In this document: positions 25,462 to 35,312 of the stretch, piece after piece
Layout: the number at the start of each line of letters is the position of its first letter
Position numbering within the stretch: position 1 is the stretch's first letter
IMG/VR virus record: IMGVR_UViG_3300023184_000025
Coordinates: 124,001 to 188,000 of that record
Strand: one strand, 5' to 3'
DNA: 64,000 nucleotides
Notes under the pieces: generated by a model
Told to the model about the DNA's origin: nothing
What the model saw: only the letters and a program-made list of their open reading frames with translations
Databases searched by the model: none
Translations under genes and position numbers: made by a program

Positions 25462-27924
25462 TTATGATTTCATCATGCCAGACAGCTGACGCAATCGGCT
25501 TAGAACATCTTGTTCCACATCATCAAACTTTTGTAGTTTACCAGAGTGTCCGTATTGGCCTTGCAGTGATGTTGATTCTTCAAATGTTTTCTTAAATCCT
25601 TGAACAAAGTCACTTGGATTTGGTGTACCGGCGCCAACCATTTTACCAAGAGCGCCCATATTGGTGTCATCGGCACCTTCGCTCATTACTTGATCAATAA
25701 GTTTTTTGCCACCGTATAGTACAGCCAATAACAAACCCAATGGTATTGCATACTTGGCAGCGGCAATTGCCAGCTCACCAATAGTTTTACTATCAATTGC
25801 GTTGCCAACAATACTGGTTAATGCTCCTGCGGCATCCTTTGCATCTGTGTAAACTTTGTTCATTCCTTGTGGGATTGACTTAGCAATTTCATCTGCTATG
25901 GAATATACACCAGCACCAAGACCAACCTTGCCTGCATTTTGAGCTGTTGATTGTGCGGCTGATTTACCAACTTCTACAGCACCTTTACCAATTCCTGTGG
26001 CTGCCTTTCCGGCCACTTCGGCGCCAGCTTTGCCTGTTTTGGTTGCCATGCGTCCCAATGCAGGTCCAACACGAGATAATATTGGCAATAACATTCTTGC
26101 TCCAGCAGCCAATGCAGGAATAATAGGAGCAATCTCATTAAGCTGTGCTTCGGATAGTTTATTTTCTTTGCTTAGTTCTCTACCGGCCATTTGTCCAGCA
26201 GTTCCGCCAGCGGCCCCACCAATCACACCGCCAATTGCGGCACCAACTGGTCCACCTGCTAATGCACCCAATGCTGATCCAGCAACTGTTCCGCCAACAC
26301 CACCGGCTGTTCCGCCAGCAAGTTCGCCTTTCCAACCTTCGTTCAATCCTGACAACTGGCGCATACGTTCAACGCTTTCACTGCTCATGTTGCTGGACTT
26401 GGTCATCATTACGCCATCGGTGTCAAGGTCCTCGCCAAGATCTGATTCATGCAAACTGTCGTAGGCCAACTCATGTACAAGGTCGCCGTGCTCGTCGTTT
26501 AGTTGGTCCAATTCTTGATCACTTAGATCTGTTCCGTCAGTAAATGAAGCACGGCCAATATATGCATCACTGAAGTCTGGATAGTCTCTAGAATCAACGT
26601 TTTCAATTTCTAAGCTACGCATGTCAACTTCTTTACCATTGAGCATGATACCTTGTCTGGCACCTTCTGTCATGCCTTGCTCACCAGAGTCAGGCCCTAC
26701 AGTAGAATTAATATCGATACCAAGCTCACCTAGACGATTGATAACTTCAGGATCTTCCCAGCAGTCAGCATTGGGATCGCGGTCAGCTAGGTCATTCAAC
26801 CGATCAAACAAGATGTCATCGCCCACTAGGTCATACAATTGTTCTGTTGCATTGGTTGCATCAGCACCCACAATCAATGGCTTACTCATTAATTCTTTAA
26901 GTTTTGCGTCTGATTCAGGCGTGTCAGGTAATGCCCAGGTGCCCTCCATGACATGGTCGGCCCATGATTCAAATTGATCTACTTCTTTCATTTTATCTTC
27001 CTTATTGGCTAATTTTGCCAGAATTGGTAACGCTTCTTCTATGCGCTGGTCTATTGATTGTTCAACAAACAGGTCACGTATGGATTCTACTGCATGATCT
27101 TTTTCGCTAATTTCAGCAGGGTCAAACGTGTCACGTGTTTCCAAATATCCACGACGGCTGATCATGTGTTTGGCTTTGTTCTTGAGTTCAGTATAATGTC
27201 TTACTGCCGACTCGACCATACCAATGGCATCATTGTTTAGGTTTTTGTGTCGTGCGGCACGAATAAATCTACCTAAAGTGTTTAGTTCTACTACCATCTC
27301 GTTGATGTGCTGTCCAAGTGCATCGTAAGGATGGCCGCCTTCGGAACAATGTCTAGCCATGACCTTGCCACACATGAGATTTTTGTGTGGTAACTTATAT
27401 CGACTGCCGTCTGCTGTTTCCACAAACAAACTTTCAATGGCCCGGAATCGTGCTTCGCCTTCTGCAATGTCACGATTGTGCTTGATCATTAATCGTGCTT
27501 CCATGGGCTGGTCACTGTAGCTTATGTTCTTTTTACCATAGTAGCCTTCAAACAAACCTTCTTTGATGGCTGCCATACCTTGCATGGTGTACTTTAATCT
27601 ACTTAGATTGTTCAACTCAAAACTTAATAAATTTCTAGTTGCAAAATTTTTAAGCTGTTCTAGGAACTTGTACCAATCTGATTTATCATCACCTTCCATG
27701 GTACGGCCAACATTGTCCCCAAAGAACACCTGTAGTGTATTGTTAGGGCCTAGCAAAACAACCACAGTTCCGTAGTTTTTATTTTCTGTTTTCCAATCAA
27801 AGCTAAAGATCTCTGTTTGATTAGGGTCAGAAACAGGCTTGCCTGAATTATCCAGTAATTCAGGATCAAGGTCGCGTGTGACTAGTAAGTCGTTGAGTTC
27901 GGTTGCTGGCGTGTTCTGATTCAT
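25462..27924 (-). CDS. Putative prohead-core/internal head polyprotein (820 aa) with glycine zipper
   Basis: TAAATA 6 nt before ATG; many hydrophobic-x-E sites (IKEG, LFEG, VMEG, MTEG, LHES, LNEG, LSEA, MSEG, FEES); RxRQLSG motif twice; next to terminase. Confidence 0.7.
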   Translation of the reverse strand: MNQNTPATELNDLLVTRDLDPELLDNSGKPVSDPNQTEIFSFDWKTENKNYGTVVVLLGPNNTLQVFFGDNVGRTMEGDDKSDWYKFLEQLKNFATRNLLSFELNNLSRLKYTMQGMAAIKEGLFEGYYGKKNISYSDQPMEARLMIKHNRDIAEGEARFRAIESLFVETADGSRYKLPHKNLMCGKVMARHCSEGGHPYDALGQHINEMVVELNTLGRFIRAARHKNLNNDAIGMVESAVRHYTELKNKAKHMISRRGYLETRDTFDPAEISEKDHAVESIRDLFVEQSIDQRIEEALPILAKLANKEDKMKEVDQFESWADHVMEGTWALPDTPESDAKLKELMSKPLIVGADATNATEQLYDLVGDDILFDRLNDLADRDPNADCWEDPEVINRLGELGIDINSTVGPDSGEQGMTEGARQGIMLNGKEVDMRSLEIENVDSRDYPDFSDAYIGRASFTDGTDLSDQELDQLNDEHGDLVHELAYDSLHESDLGEDLDTDGVMMTKSSNMSSESVERMRQLSGLNEGWKGELAGGTAGGVGGTVAGSALGALAGGPVGAAIGGVIGGAAGGTAGQMAGRELSKENKLSEAQLNEIAPIIPALAAGARMLLPILSRVGPALGRMATKTGKAGAEVAGKAATGIGKGAVEVGKSAAQSTAQNAGKVGLGAGVYSIADEIAKSIPQGMNKVYTDAKDAAGALTSIVGNAIDSKTIGELAIAAAKYAIPLGLLLAVLYGGKKLIDQVMSEGADDTNMGALGKMVGAGTPNPSDFVQGFKKTFEESTSLQGQYGHSGKLQKFDDVEQDVLSRLRQLSGMMKS

Positions 27925-27936
27925 ATCTTATATTTA

Positions 27937-29505
27937 TTACATCATTGTCATAACAAACGGCAGTGGTTCAATTACCACATCCTGGTGATCGCGCATTTGT
28001 TCGTCAAGATTCTGGTGATAACTCTGCAATAACTGCATCATTCTAACTACCAGTAAAGTTGACATTACCAGATCGTCTGTTTCTCCCATTTTTGCCGCAT
28101 AGCTTGCGCCTGACGCAACAAAGTTTTTAAGTTCACTGATCAGGCTTTTGCTGTTGATTTTCATACGCTTTGACTCAACCAGGTGTTTTAACTTGGCGCA
28201 AGCAGATAGCTTTGACTTGTTGGTTGTGTTAAATCCTTTACGGAATCTACGACTAACACTAACTCCGGGTTCGCTGAGGAAATAGCCTTGTATGTTTTCT
28301 TCTCCGTATTCAGCAATAGAAATTAGTGCGGCTTCCCCAATGGTGTTATTTTCCACTGAAAAATAGATACTTTTTGGGTCACGCACAGTTTCATTGATGT
28401 GTCGTATAATGTCGGCTAGTATTCTAACTTGGCCAGGAATGTCAGTTTTATTATGTCTCCATTCTCCAACTTGTAGTGTGGAGTTTGCATCAAATATCTG
28501 AATTGCTGCCGGGTCGCCGCCGGTGCCCAGACTAGGGTCAAGTGCAACAACATAAATTTTTTCAGGATCTATTCGACAATACCATCGTACTTCACCAGTT
28601 TTATAAGCTGGGTCTACACCTTCTAGATCAATCAATGTTGTTGGAGCAATCAGCGTTTCATCATTGATGATGAATTCGCAATCCATTTCACGTCGGAAAC
28701 GATCAGTGCCCAGGGCCGCACGTTGTTGTGTTGCCCAAGATTCATCACGGTCCGGATGCTCATTCCAAAAGCTACGATAGGCTTTGAAGCCATTGACACC
28801 AATTTCAGTAGGATTACCAAATTCATCTTCACAACGATTGGCGCCTTTCCATAACAGAGCAAACTGGTCTTCGTCACTGTTGGGAGTTGATGTAATAATT
28901 GCTTTACCACCAGTGGCTAGTGTGGGACTGATAGAAGTCCAAAATTCTGTGGCAATTGTAGGTCGGACAAATGCAAACTCGTCTGCGTACAGTAATGATA
29001 TACTCATACCACGACCGGTGTTTTCTGTGGTTGTTGCTGACACAATACGCGAGCCGTTGTCAAATTCTAAACTACCTTTGTTGTAACTTGTGACGCCAGC
29101 ACGAATATGATCAGGTACCGATTCATAGGCGTATCGTACCCGTTGCATGATCTCTTGTGCTCCTGTGTATTTGTGTGCGGCAACTAGTATAGTACTGTCA
29201 GGAATAAACATAGCATACCAAAGTAGATATCCGGCAGCTGATGTTGACTTACCTGTTTGTCGAGGCATCATTGAAATTGAATATCTATAATTATGGTAGG
29301 TATGAATTAGTCTACGTTGATATTCAAACGGATGATACAACATTCGACCACGAGTTGGGTGCTGTATATAGAAAAAATGGTCCATAAAATAAAGTGGACC
29401 ACTAGCAGGATCGGCACAGGCAATAAACTCATCAAGCTGTTGCTCGGTATAGTTAATACGTAAATGGGGTGGCTTAATTAAAACGCCTTCTAAAGACTTA
29501 CTCAT
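27937..29505 (-). CDS. gp17: Terminase large subunit
   Basis: PRQTGKST, GRGMS, Walker B ADEFAF, TSTPN, nuclease LDPSLG and DDLVM. Confidence 0.95.
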   Translation of the reverse strand: MSKSLEGVLIKPPHLRINYTEQQLDEFIACADPASGPLYFMDHFFYIQHPTRGRMLYHPFEYQRRLIHTYHNYRYSISMMPRQTGKSTSAAGYLLWYAMFIPDSTILVAAHKYTGAQEIMQRVRYAYESVPDHIRAGVTSYNKGSLEFDNGSRIVSATTTENTGRGMSISLLYADEFAFVRPTIATEFWTSISPTLATGGKAIITSTPNSDEDQFALLWKGANRCEDEFGNPTEIGVNGFKAYRSFWNEHPDRDESWATQQRAALGTDRFRREMDCEFIINDETLIAPTTLIDLEGVDPAYKTGEVRWYCRIDPEKIYVVALDPSLGTGGDPAAIQIFDANSTLQVGEWRHNKTDIPGQVRILADIIRHINETVRDPKSIYFSVENNTIGEAALISIAEYGEENIQGYFLSEPGVSVSRRFRKGFNTTNKSKLSACAKLKHLVESKRMKINSKSLISELKNFVASGASYAAKMGETDDLVMSTLLVVRMMQLLQSYHQNLDEQMRDHQDVVIEPLPFVMTMM

Positions 29506-29547
29506 ATCAATATATATGGTAAAACGGCAGTTAAGCCAGAGTTTTAA

Positions 29548-30360
29548 TTAATCAGCTTTGCCACACTTGGCACGTTTAGCGTTGGTCAATGTGCCAAAAT
29601 CTACAGCCCATTCGGTGTCAGGTGTAATTTCTTTTGCATTAGCAGGAAATTTAAACTGTACACCTGCTTGACTTTGAATAGTAGAAATCATTGCACGGAA
29701 TTGAGTTAGATCGTTACCCAGGTTAACATAAGGTTTTGTATGTGGGAATGCCCAGCCAGCTATTTCATGAGTGACATTGTTGATTACAATTTTATAGTAA
29801 GCATGTGGCACAATAACACCGTTACCAATTGTTTCATCGCCGGCGCCATATAACGCACCCACATAGATTGTGTATGCTTGATTGCGTTGTACTACCCATC
29901 CACGTACTGATGTTTCTAACAGTTTCCAAATTCCACGATTAAGTGACCCGTGTTGTGGATACATGTTGGTCATTAGGAATGATTCGTACTCAACTTGCTC
30001 GCTCCAGGATAAATCACCGTCGGGCGCGGCATGGCCTTTGTCGTAGCCTGTGCCAGCATAGTCATCTGGCTTGGCACCATTTGGTACTGAACGATCAGCA
30101 ACAAATGCATTTGTTCTTGGCCAGCATCCTAATGCATTAGGTGGTGTTAGGGTATAGGCAACATAAACAGGAATCTTGACTGGTGCATCATACGCAACGA
30201 AGTACGCTTCGCGACATATAGGTTGTGCTGGTCGCTTTGTTTTTGCAAAGCCGTATGGGCTGTGTATTTGACATGCTTGTGGGGGTAATGGAGCACGTTG
30301 TTCCCATGCTTGAGCTAGACTTGATGCCGCTAGCAATACGGCAAATAACAGTTTTTTCAT
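29548..30360 (-). CDS. DNA/RNA non-specific endonuclease (Serratia NucA family) with Sec signal peptide
   Basis: MKKLLFAVLLAASSLAQA signal; YDKGH, TNMYPQ, LNRGIWKLLE. Confidence 0.9.
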   Translation of the reverse strand: MKKLLFAVLLAASSLAQAWEQRAPLPPQACQIHSPYGFAKTKRPAQPICREAYFVAYDAPVKIPVYVAYTLTPPNALGCWPRTNAFVADRSVPNGAKPDDYAGTGYDKGHAAPDGDLSWSEQVEYESFLMTNMYPQHGSLNRGIWKLLETSVRGWVVQRNQAYTIYVGALYGAGDETIGNGVIVPHAYYKIVINNVTHEIAGWAFPHTKPYVNLGNDLTQFRAMISTIQSQAGVQFKFPANAKEITPDTEWAVDFGTLTNAKRAKCGKAD

Positions 30361-30381
30361 CTGGTATTTAGTTACCCAGAT

Positions 30382-30771
30382 TTAGCGTGGGTAACCTTTG
30401 AATGCGTTAATTGGACTTTTGTTATCAATAAATGGAGGTTCTTTGCTAGGACCAGTTGACACCATCTTTTTGCCGCCAGGAGTGTTGGTCATTTTAAGAG
30501 CAGAGTCAATTATCTGCGCAACGCTATTGTTCATTCCGACTACAATGCCGTGCTCACCAAATGTTGTTTCATCATGCCACTCGGGCATGTTAGGATTAAC
30601 CTCATCCTTAACAGCGTCACTTCTTGCACGAGCAATTGCTACACCAAATCTATAATTTTTATACGGGTCTGCGGCACTGAGGCCGGGAATCACATAGGTG
30701 TAGCGCATAGGGTCAGCTTGCTCAGCCGGCAACTGGGCGGATTGTTCAGTGATAAACTCGCGGGCTCTCAT
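30382..30771 (-). CDS. Putative internal head protein with capsid-targeting-like N-terminus
   Basis: MRAREFITEQ; ends SPINAFKGYPR; paralog of the adjacent gene. Confidence 0.7.
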   Translation of the reverse strand: MRAREFITEQSAQLPAEQADPMRYTYVIPGLSAADPYKNYRFGVAIARARSDAVKDEVNPNMPEWHDETTFGEHGIVVGMNNSVAQIIDSALKMTNTPGGKKMVSTGPSKEPPFIDNKSPINAFKGYPR

Positions 30772-31142
30772 CTTGGGTAGCCTTTGAATCCAGTAACAGG
30801 ACTGACTTTGTGTGTGTCGTTGGGTTCTTTACTAGAATGATCACGAATTAACTCATGTGCATCGGTTCCTGAAACTGTGTTAAATGCCTGTCTCATCATA
30901 TTATGTTCTGTTTCGGTATACGGATATGCCATATTATTCTTTCCAGCAAAACTTTCATCTTCCATGTCCAATGCTTTAGTACTTTTACCATCGGCCATAG
31001 CAGTTGCCTTCATTACCTGATTCAAGTGATATATTCTATCTGTACCATCATCCTTGAATTTATATGCGCCGCGAGAAACAGAGGCATGATCTTTATGCAT
31101 CTTGCCTTTTTTAGATTCAACAATAAATTCGTGTGCTCTCAT
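30768..31142 (-). CDS. Putative internal head protein with capsid-targeting-like N-terminus (start revised to 31142)
   Basis: MRAHEFIVES; TAATG-coupled; ends SPVTGFKGYPR. Confidence 0.7.
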   Translation of the reverse strand: MRAHEFIVESKKGKMHKDHASVSRGAYKFKDDGTDRIYHLNQVMKATAMADGKSTKALDMEDESFAGKNNMAYPYTETEHNMMRQAFNTVSGTDAHELIRDHSSKEPNDTHKVSPVTGFKGYPR

Positions 31143-31420
31143 TATGGTTGCCAAACGCCAACTTGCCCTGAGCTTGCAGTACCAACTTCTTGTATAGTAG
31201 CGTTAGATCCAGTGATTGTGAGTTGATTGCCAACTCCTACCCAAACAGTCACACGATTGTTTGCGGGAATCACAACAGGATTTGAATATAAATTACCAGT
31301 AGACGGACCGTATACTAAATTTACATTGTAGGTAACAGTATTTGTACCTGTGGATATTCTGGCTTTATCTGTGTACCATGTCTGGCTACTAGCAGATGTA
31401 TAAACGTTGGCTTGACTCAT
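31142..31420 (-). CDS. Small beta-rich virion-like hypothetical protein
   Basis: SD upstream; T/N/V/G-rich; coupled to the next gene. Confidence 0.7.
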   Translation of the reverse strand: MSQANVYTSASSQTWYTDKARISTGTNTVTYNVNLVYGPSTGNLYSNPVVIPANNRVTVWVGVGNQLTITGSNATIQEVGTASSGQVGVWQP

Positions 31421-31436
31421 GTTCTTATTTTCCTTT

Positions 31437-32498
31437 TTACCATGCTCGGCAAGACCAATAGCGAGCCGATGTCTTTGGACCAGGGTTCTCGCAATGATGT
31501 CTTGCTCTAAAACTCTTACGACGTGCAGGATTTGATTTCTTGATCTTCATTGTCTTTTGGCCAGCACGTTTTGCACTTGTTCCGCCATGTCCAAAGTTTA
31601 CTTTTTTAATGTTGCCAGTGCTGGGATCTTTAACATAGACTTTAAACTTTTTGACATCACCACGCATGGGTTTGCTCAGCGGCACATTACGTCCGTGATA
31701 CTCAGCTTCGGACATTTCAACTTCATCAGACTCGTCTTGATTACTTTCAATATAGTCAGCGGCTGTGTCAACATAGTCAGCGGCTTTGGTAATTTTTGAT
31801 TGCACCCACTCTGGCATGTTTTCGTTGTCGTCCAGCATGCCTGTTAAACGTCGGGCGGCACGAACAATAGTTTCAAGATCATCCTTGGCCATGTCACCTT
31901 CTTGGTCATATTCTCCGCTGTCTACAACATCAATGTTAGATTCTTTTACTTGATCTGAAGAATTGTCTAGTGTACGAATAACATCTCGTACCCAACCACT
32001 AACATCGCTGGATCCAATTTCTTCTACATCCCCTACCCACTCGGCAACATCTTTTACCGCATCCATTACTGCCTGCGGACCATGACGGCTCAGTAATCCT
32101 GGGTGTTGCATTAAAATACGATGTAGGATTGCACGTTCGGCTGGGGCTGGTTCATCGTCTAAACTTTCGTGTACACCTGGCATTGGGTTAGTAACATCTG
32201 TTTCCAATTCTTTTGCCGTTAACACACCAGCTGATTGATCTTCGCCAATGCTGTATCCCATGCCAGAACTGTTTCCTACTGCACCATAACGACGAATTTC
32301 TTCAGAAGTAAATCCGTGAGATTCTAATAGTTCAATTGCACGAGCATCGGCATGAAGGATAATATCGTTTCCAACCACGTCAACAATGTGTGTTTCTACC
32401 AGGCATTGTTCTCCGTAGTCAAAGGCAAATGTATCGCCAACAGCAGGAGTGGCGGACCACTCTTCGGCTTCAGTTAGATAATCTTTTAATGTTTTCAT
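31437..32498 (-). CDS. Modular internal head protein (353 aa) with basic C-terminal module
   Basis: MKTLKDYLTEA N-terminus; IGED, VHES, VKES and MSEA junctions; modules EGDMAK..LPEWVQSKITKA and RRKSFRARHHC..ARYWSCRAW. Confidence 0.72.
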   Translation of the reverse strand: MKTLKDYLTEAEEWSATPAVGDTFAFDYGEQCLVETHIVDVVGNDIILHADARAIELLESHGFTSEEIRRYGAVGNSSGMGYSIGEDQSAGVLTAKELETDVTNPMPGVHESLDDEPAPAERAILHRILMQHPGLLSRHGPQAVMDAVKDVAEWVGDVEEIGSSDVSGWVRDVIRTLDNSSDQVKESNIDVVDSGEYDQEGDMAKDDLETIVRAARRLTGMLDDNENMPEWVQSKITKAADYVDTAADYIESNQDESDEVEMSEAEYHGRNVPLSKPMRGDVKKFKVYVKDPSTGNIKKVNFGHGGTSAKRAGQKTMKIKKSNPARRKSFRARHHCENPGPKTSARYWSCRAW

Positions 32499-34681
32499 TT
32501 TCTAGAATAACGTTGATATAATTCCCACAGCCGGGCTTCCTGGCTTTCAGCCATTGGTCCAACTGATCCACGAGCTGGATCACGATTAAGAACCGGAGTA
32601 GTGGTTTGTCCTGTTGTCTTTGGTCCGTTTAAACCACCGCTGAGTGTTTTAGTCATTGTGTCAATGCCAGCATACTCTGTGTTGTCTGCGCTGTTAGCCA
32701 ACTCTTCGTCCACTTGTTCGCAACCACATTCTCTAGAACCGCAGGATGGGCAAACTTCCGAGTAACCTTCACTGCTACCGCCCATACCGGCCAACTTTAG
32801 AATCTGTGCTAGTTTTCCTGCATCTTCATCTGTGGCAGACACGTTAAGACTATTATGTCCTTCTGAATCAACAGTGGCATTGATATTCATGCTTTCGTTT
32901 AACACTTCAGTCATTCTAGCGTTGAAACTTTCAGCTAGTTTTGCTTCGTATACACCTTTACCGTACTGCATTCCGCTTTTGCTTGGAGTGCTGTCAGACG
33001 TTTCTTCAACTTCTTTTTTCTTGGCTTTCTTTTCAGGCAAGCCTTTGTGCTTGGTGGCAGCAAAGTCTTCAGCATCTTTCTTTTTCATAGTTTTGGCCAC
33101 TTTGCCAACTTCTTTGCTGGCTGGCTTCCCGCCTTTTTGTGCGGCATGAACCATGCCCATGAACTTTTGTTGCTTCTTGCTTGTTGCTTTTTCGTCAAGT
33201 TCTTTTTCATTGACCTGCGCATTACCTGGCTGATTGTTTTTAATCATGGTCATTGCGGCCCATAGTGAGCTTTCAAGACGACTAGCAAAGCCTGGTGGCA
33301 TTTGTCCTCCGCCCTGAGCTTTTTTGGCAATTGCACGTAGTTCAGCAAGTTCATTATAAATTTCTTGAGCCTGTCCTGAGTCAGAGCCTTCTTTGGTCAT
33401 TAACTTTGAAGTACCGCTTGGTCCTTTGGCACCAATACTCTTGCCTGTGCCTTTTGGACGACCTTTGCCGCGCTTGTCTCCTGCGGCTGGTGTATCATCT
33501 GTGCCCACGCTGTGGCCAGTATTGGGATCAACACGGCGTGTTACTTTTCGACCAGTTGCTGTGTGTTCAATATCATGCAATGCACCACGCTCGATAGAAC
33601 CAACTTTGGGTTTCTCTGGACGTGGCTTCTTCCATGATGTAAATGGATTGTTGTCATCTTCGTCAACTTCTCCTGGTGCACCTTTGATACCAGCGGCTTT
33701 GAGTGCGGCTGCTCTGTCTGGGTAGCCTTTAGTTCCGGGCTTGATGTCTTTGGATGCTTTTCCAATTGCGGCTTTTACCTTTGGCGAGGCATTGCTGGCA
33801 TTAACATGCTTCATTGTTGTTTTGGCCTGGTGACTTTTTGCACCCATTTTACCAATGGCACTTTTCATTGCTTCAGCAGCAACATCGCCCAACATTTCAT
33901 CAACTTCTTGTTTTGCGCCAGCAATTTTGTCAGCAAAAGTAATTTTGTCTTTGGGTTCGGCTAGTGCGGCAAATGATTTTTGCTTGGCAGTCATTGGAGA
34001 ACTACCTTCACCAAATTGCACATTGTCCCCTGCTGAGAATTGTGTGTTGGCCAAACGCTTTGGTAATCGACCTTTAGCAATGATAAAATCTAATTCCTGG
34101 TCTGTTGGGCCTGCTTGTTCTAGATCGTGAGCCAGGTCCTGCATTGCATCGTTGTCCCATATATCGTCGCCATACAATGCGGCAATTGAATCTAGTACTT
34201 TGTCAAAGTTAACTGCGCCTACAGCTTCACCAACGGGCTTTTTGCCTGTCTGTGGCAAGCCTGCTTTGCGTTGTAGGTCACGAATCATGTCTTCGTCGCT
34301 GCCATGGCCCAATGTGTCGAGGGCCTTCTGACCAACTTTCTTAACACCACTGCCAATTTTTTTAACTACATCGCCCATGTCTTCATCAAATGCATCGCCT
34401 ACTTTATCTCCGGCAATTGCGCCACCTACTGCTCCGAGTGGTCCCAGAGCCAGTGCACCTAGTCCAGCACCGATACCAGTTCCAATTATGCCTTCATCAA
34501 CTTCTTTAGCTTTACCGCCTTTGGCATCTTTGCCCAGTCGTCCAGCAATGACATCGCCACGTGTGACCTTGTCATAGGGCTTGGCATTGTTGGCCAAGTT
34601 GCCGTCGCCTTTGCCTTCTTTTAGTGTTTGTTTATCAGCCAGGTCACTCAGCTTTTTGTTTAAGTCGTAAAAAAATGTCAT
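32495..34681 (-). CDS. Putative prohead-core/internal head polyprotein (728 aa)
   Basis: Repeated LKEG, VDEG, VGEA, FGEG, VDEM, VDED, TKEG, LDEK, VEET, LAES, LNES, MAES; glycine zipper; AT-hook-like KGRPKG. Confidence 0.7.
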   Translation of the reverse strand: MTFFYDLNKKLSDLADKQTLKEGKGDGNLANNAKPYDKVTRGDVIAGRLGKDAKGGKAKEVDEGIIGTGIGAGLGALALGPLGAVGGAIAGDKVGDAFDEDMGDVVKKIGSGVKKVGQKALDTLGHGSDEDMIRDLQRKAGLPQTGKKPVGEAVGAVNFDKVLDSIAALYGDDIWDNDAMQDLAHDLEQAGPTDQELDFIIAKGRLPKRLANTQFSAGDNVQFGEGSSPMTAKQKSFAALAEPKDKITFADKIAGAKQEVDEMLGDVAAEAMKSAIGKMGAKSHQAKTTMKHVNASNASPKVKAAIGKASKDIKPGTKGYPDRAAALKAAGIKGAPGEVDEDDNNPFTSWKKPRPEKPKVGSIERGALHDIEHTATGRKVTRRVDPNTGHSVGTDDTPAAGDKRGKGRPKGTGKSIGAKGPSGTSKLMTKEGSDSGQAQEIYNELAELRAIAKKAQGGGQMPPGFASRLESSLWAAMTMIKNNQPGNAQVNEKELDEKATSKKQQKFMGMVHAAQKGGKPASKEVGKVAKTMKKKDAEDFAATKHKGLPEKKAKKKEVEETSDSTPSKSGMQYGKGVYEAKLAESFNARMTEVLNESMNINATVDSEGHNSLNVSATDEDAGKLAQILKLAGMGGSSEGYSEVCPSCGSRECGCEQVDEELANSADNTEYAGIDTMTKTLSGGLNGPKTTGQTTTPVLNRDPARGSVGPMAESQEARLWELYQRYSRK

Positions 34682-34691
34682 GTTGTTTTCC

Positions 34692-35291
34692 TTATTTCAT
34701 AAAGCCGGTTGCAGGCTTGGGTGGTCTTTTAATTGTTGTCAATGGGCTTTTGACTCCCATTGGCAGTTGATTTGTTGTCTGTGCAGGTGCAGTTTTGCCA
34801 CCAGCCACAGTCCATTTAGCATCAGCGGCAGAATTTTTAACAACTTCGTGCTCACTGGGTTCAGCGGCATAGTCAGCTTTTAATTTCTTTTGTTCAGCAT
34901 CTGTGGGTGGCAAATCTGTGGTTAGCAGATCCTTTTGATTTTCAATGCCCAATAACTCTTTGTCCATGCCTTCGGCCCAGTCACGTTGATCCATCACAAT
35001 GCTGTTTGCATCAAGACCCAGCAGTTCAGCAATCTGAACCACCTGTGGTGGTGTAGCCGGATATTTAAAACTAACATCAATGATGTTTACAGACTGATTA
35101 GCATGGTCTGGGAACCCAACTGGTTTAGATAAAATTGGGGTTTTCTTTGGCTCAGAGATTTTGATTGGGTCGAATTTTTTTAACTTTTCGTTAAAAGCTT
35201 TCATAAAACCACCTGGCAAATCACCAATGATTTTAATACGGTAATCAAAGGTTTGAGCACTTTCAATCAAGTATTGTGCAAATGTTTTCAT
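34692..35291 (-). CDS. Putative head protein with capsid-targeting-like N-terminus
   Basis: MKTFAQYLIES; TAAATA and AGGA SD upstream. Confidence 0.7.
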   Translation of the reverse strand: MKTFAQYLIESAQTFDYRIKIIGDLPGGFMKAFNEKLKKFDPIKISEPKKTPILSKPVGFPDHANQSVNIIDVSFKYPATPPQVVQIAELLGLDANSIVMDQRDWAEGMDKELLGIENQKDLLTTDLPPTDAEQKKLKADYAAEPSEHEVVKNSAADAKWTVAGGKTAPAQTTNQLPMGVKSPLTTIKRPPKPATGFMK

Positions 35292-35312
35292 ATTTAGGAT
35301 CCTATATTATAT

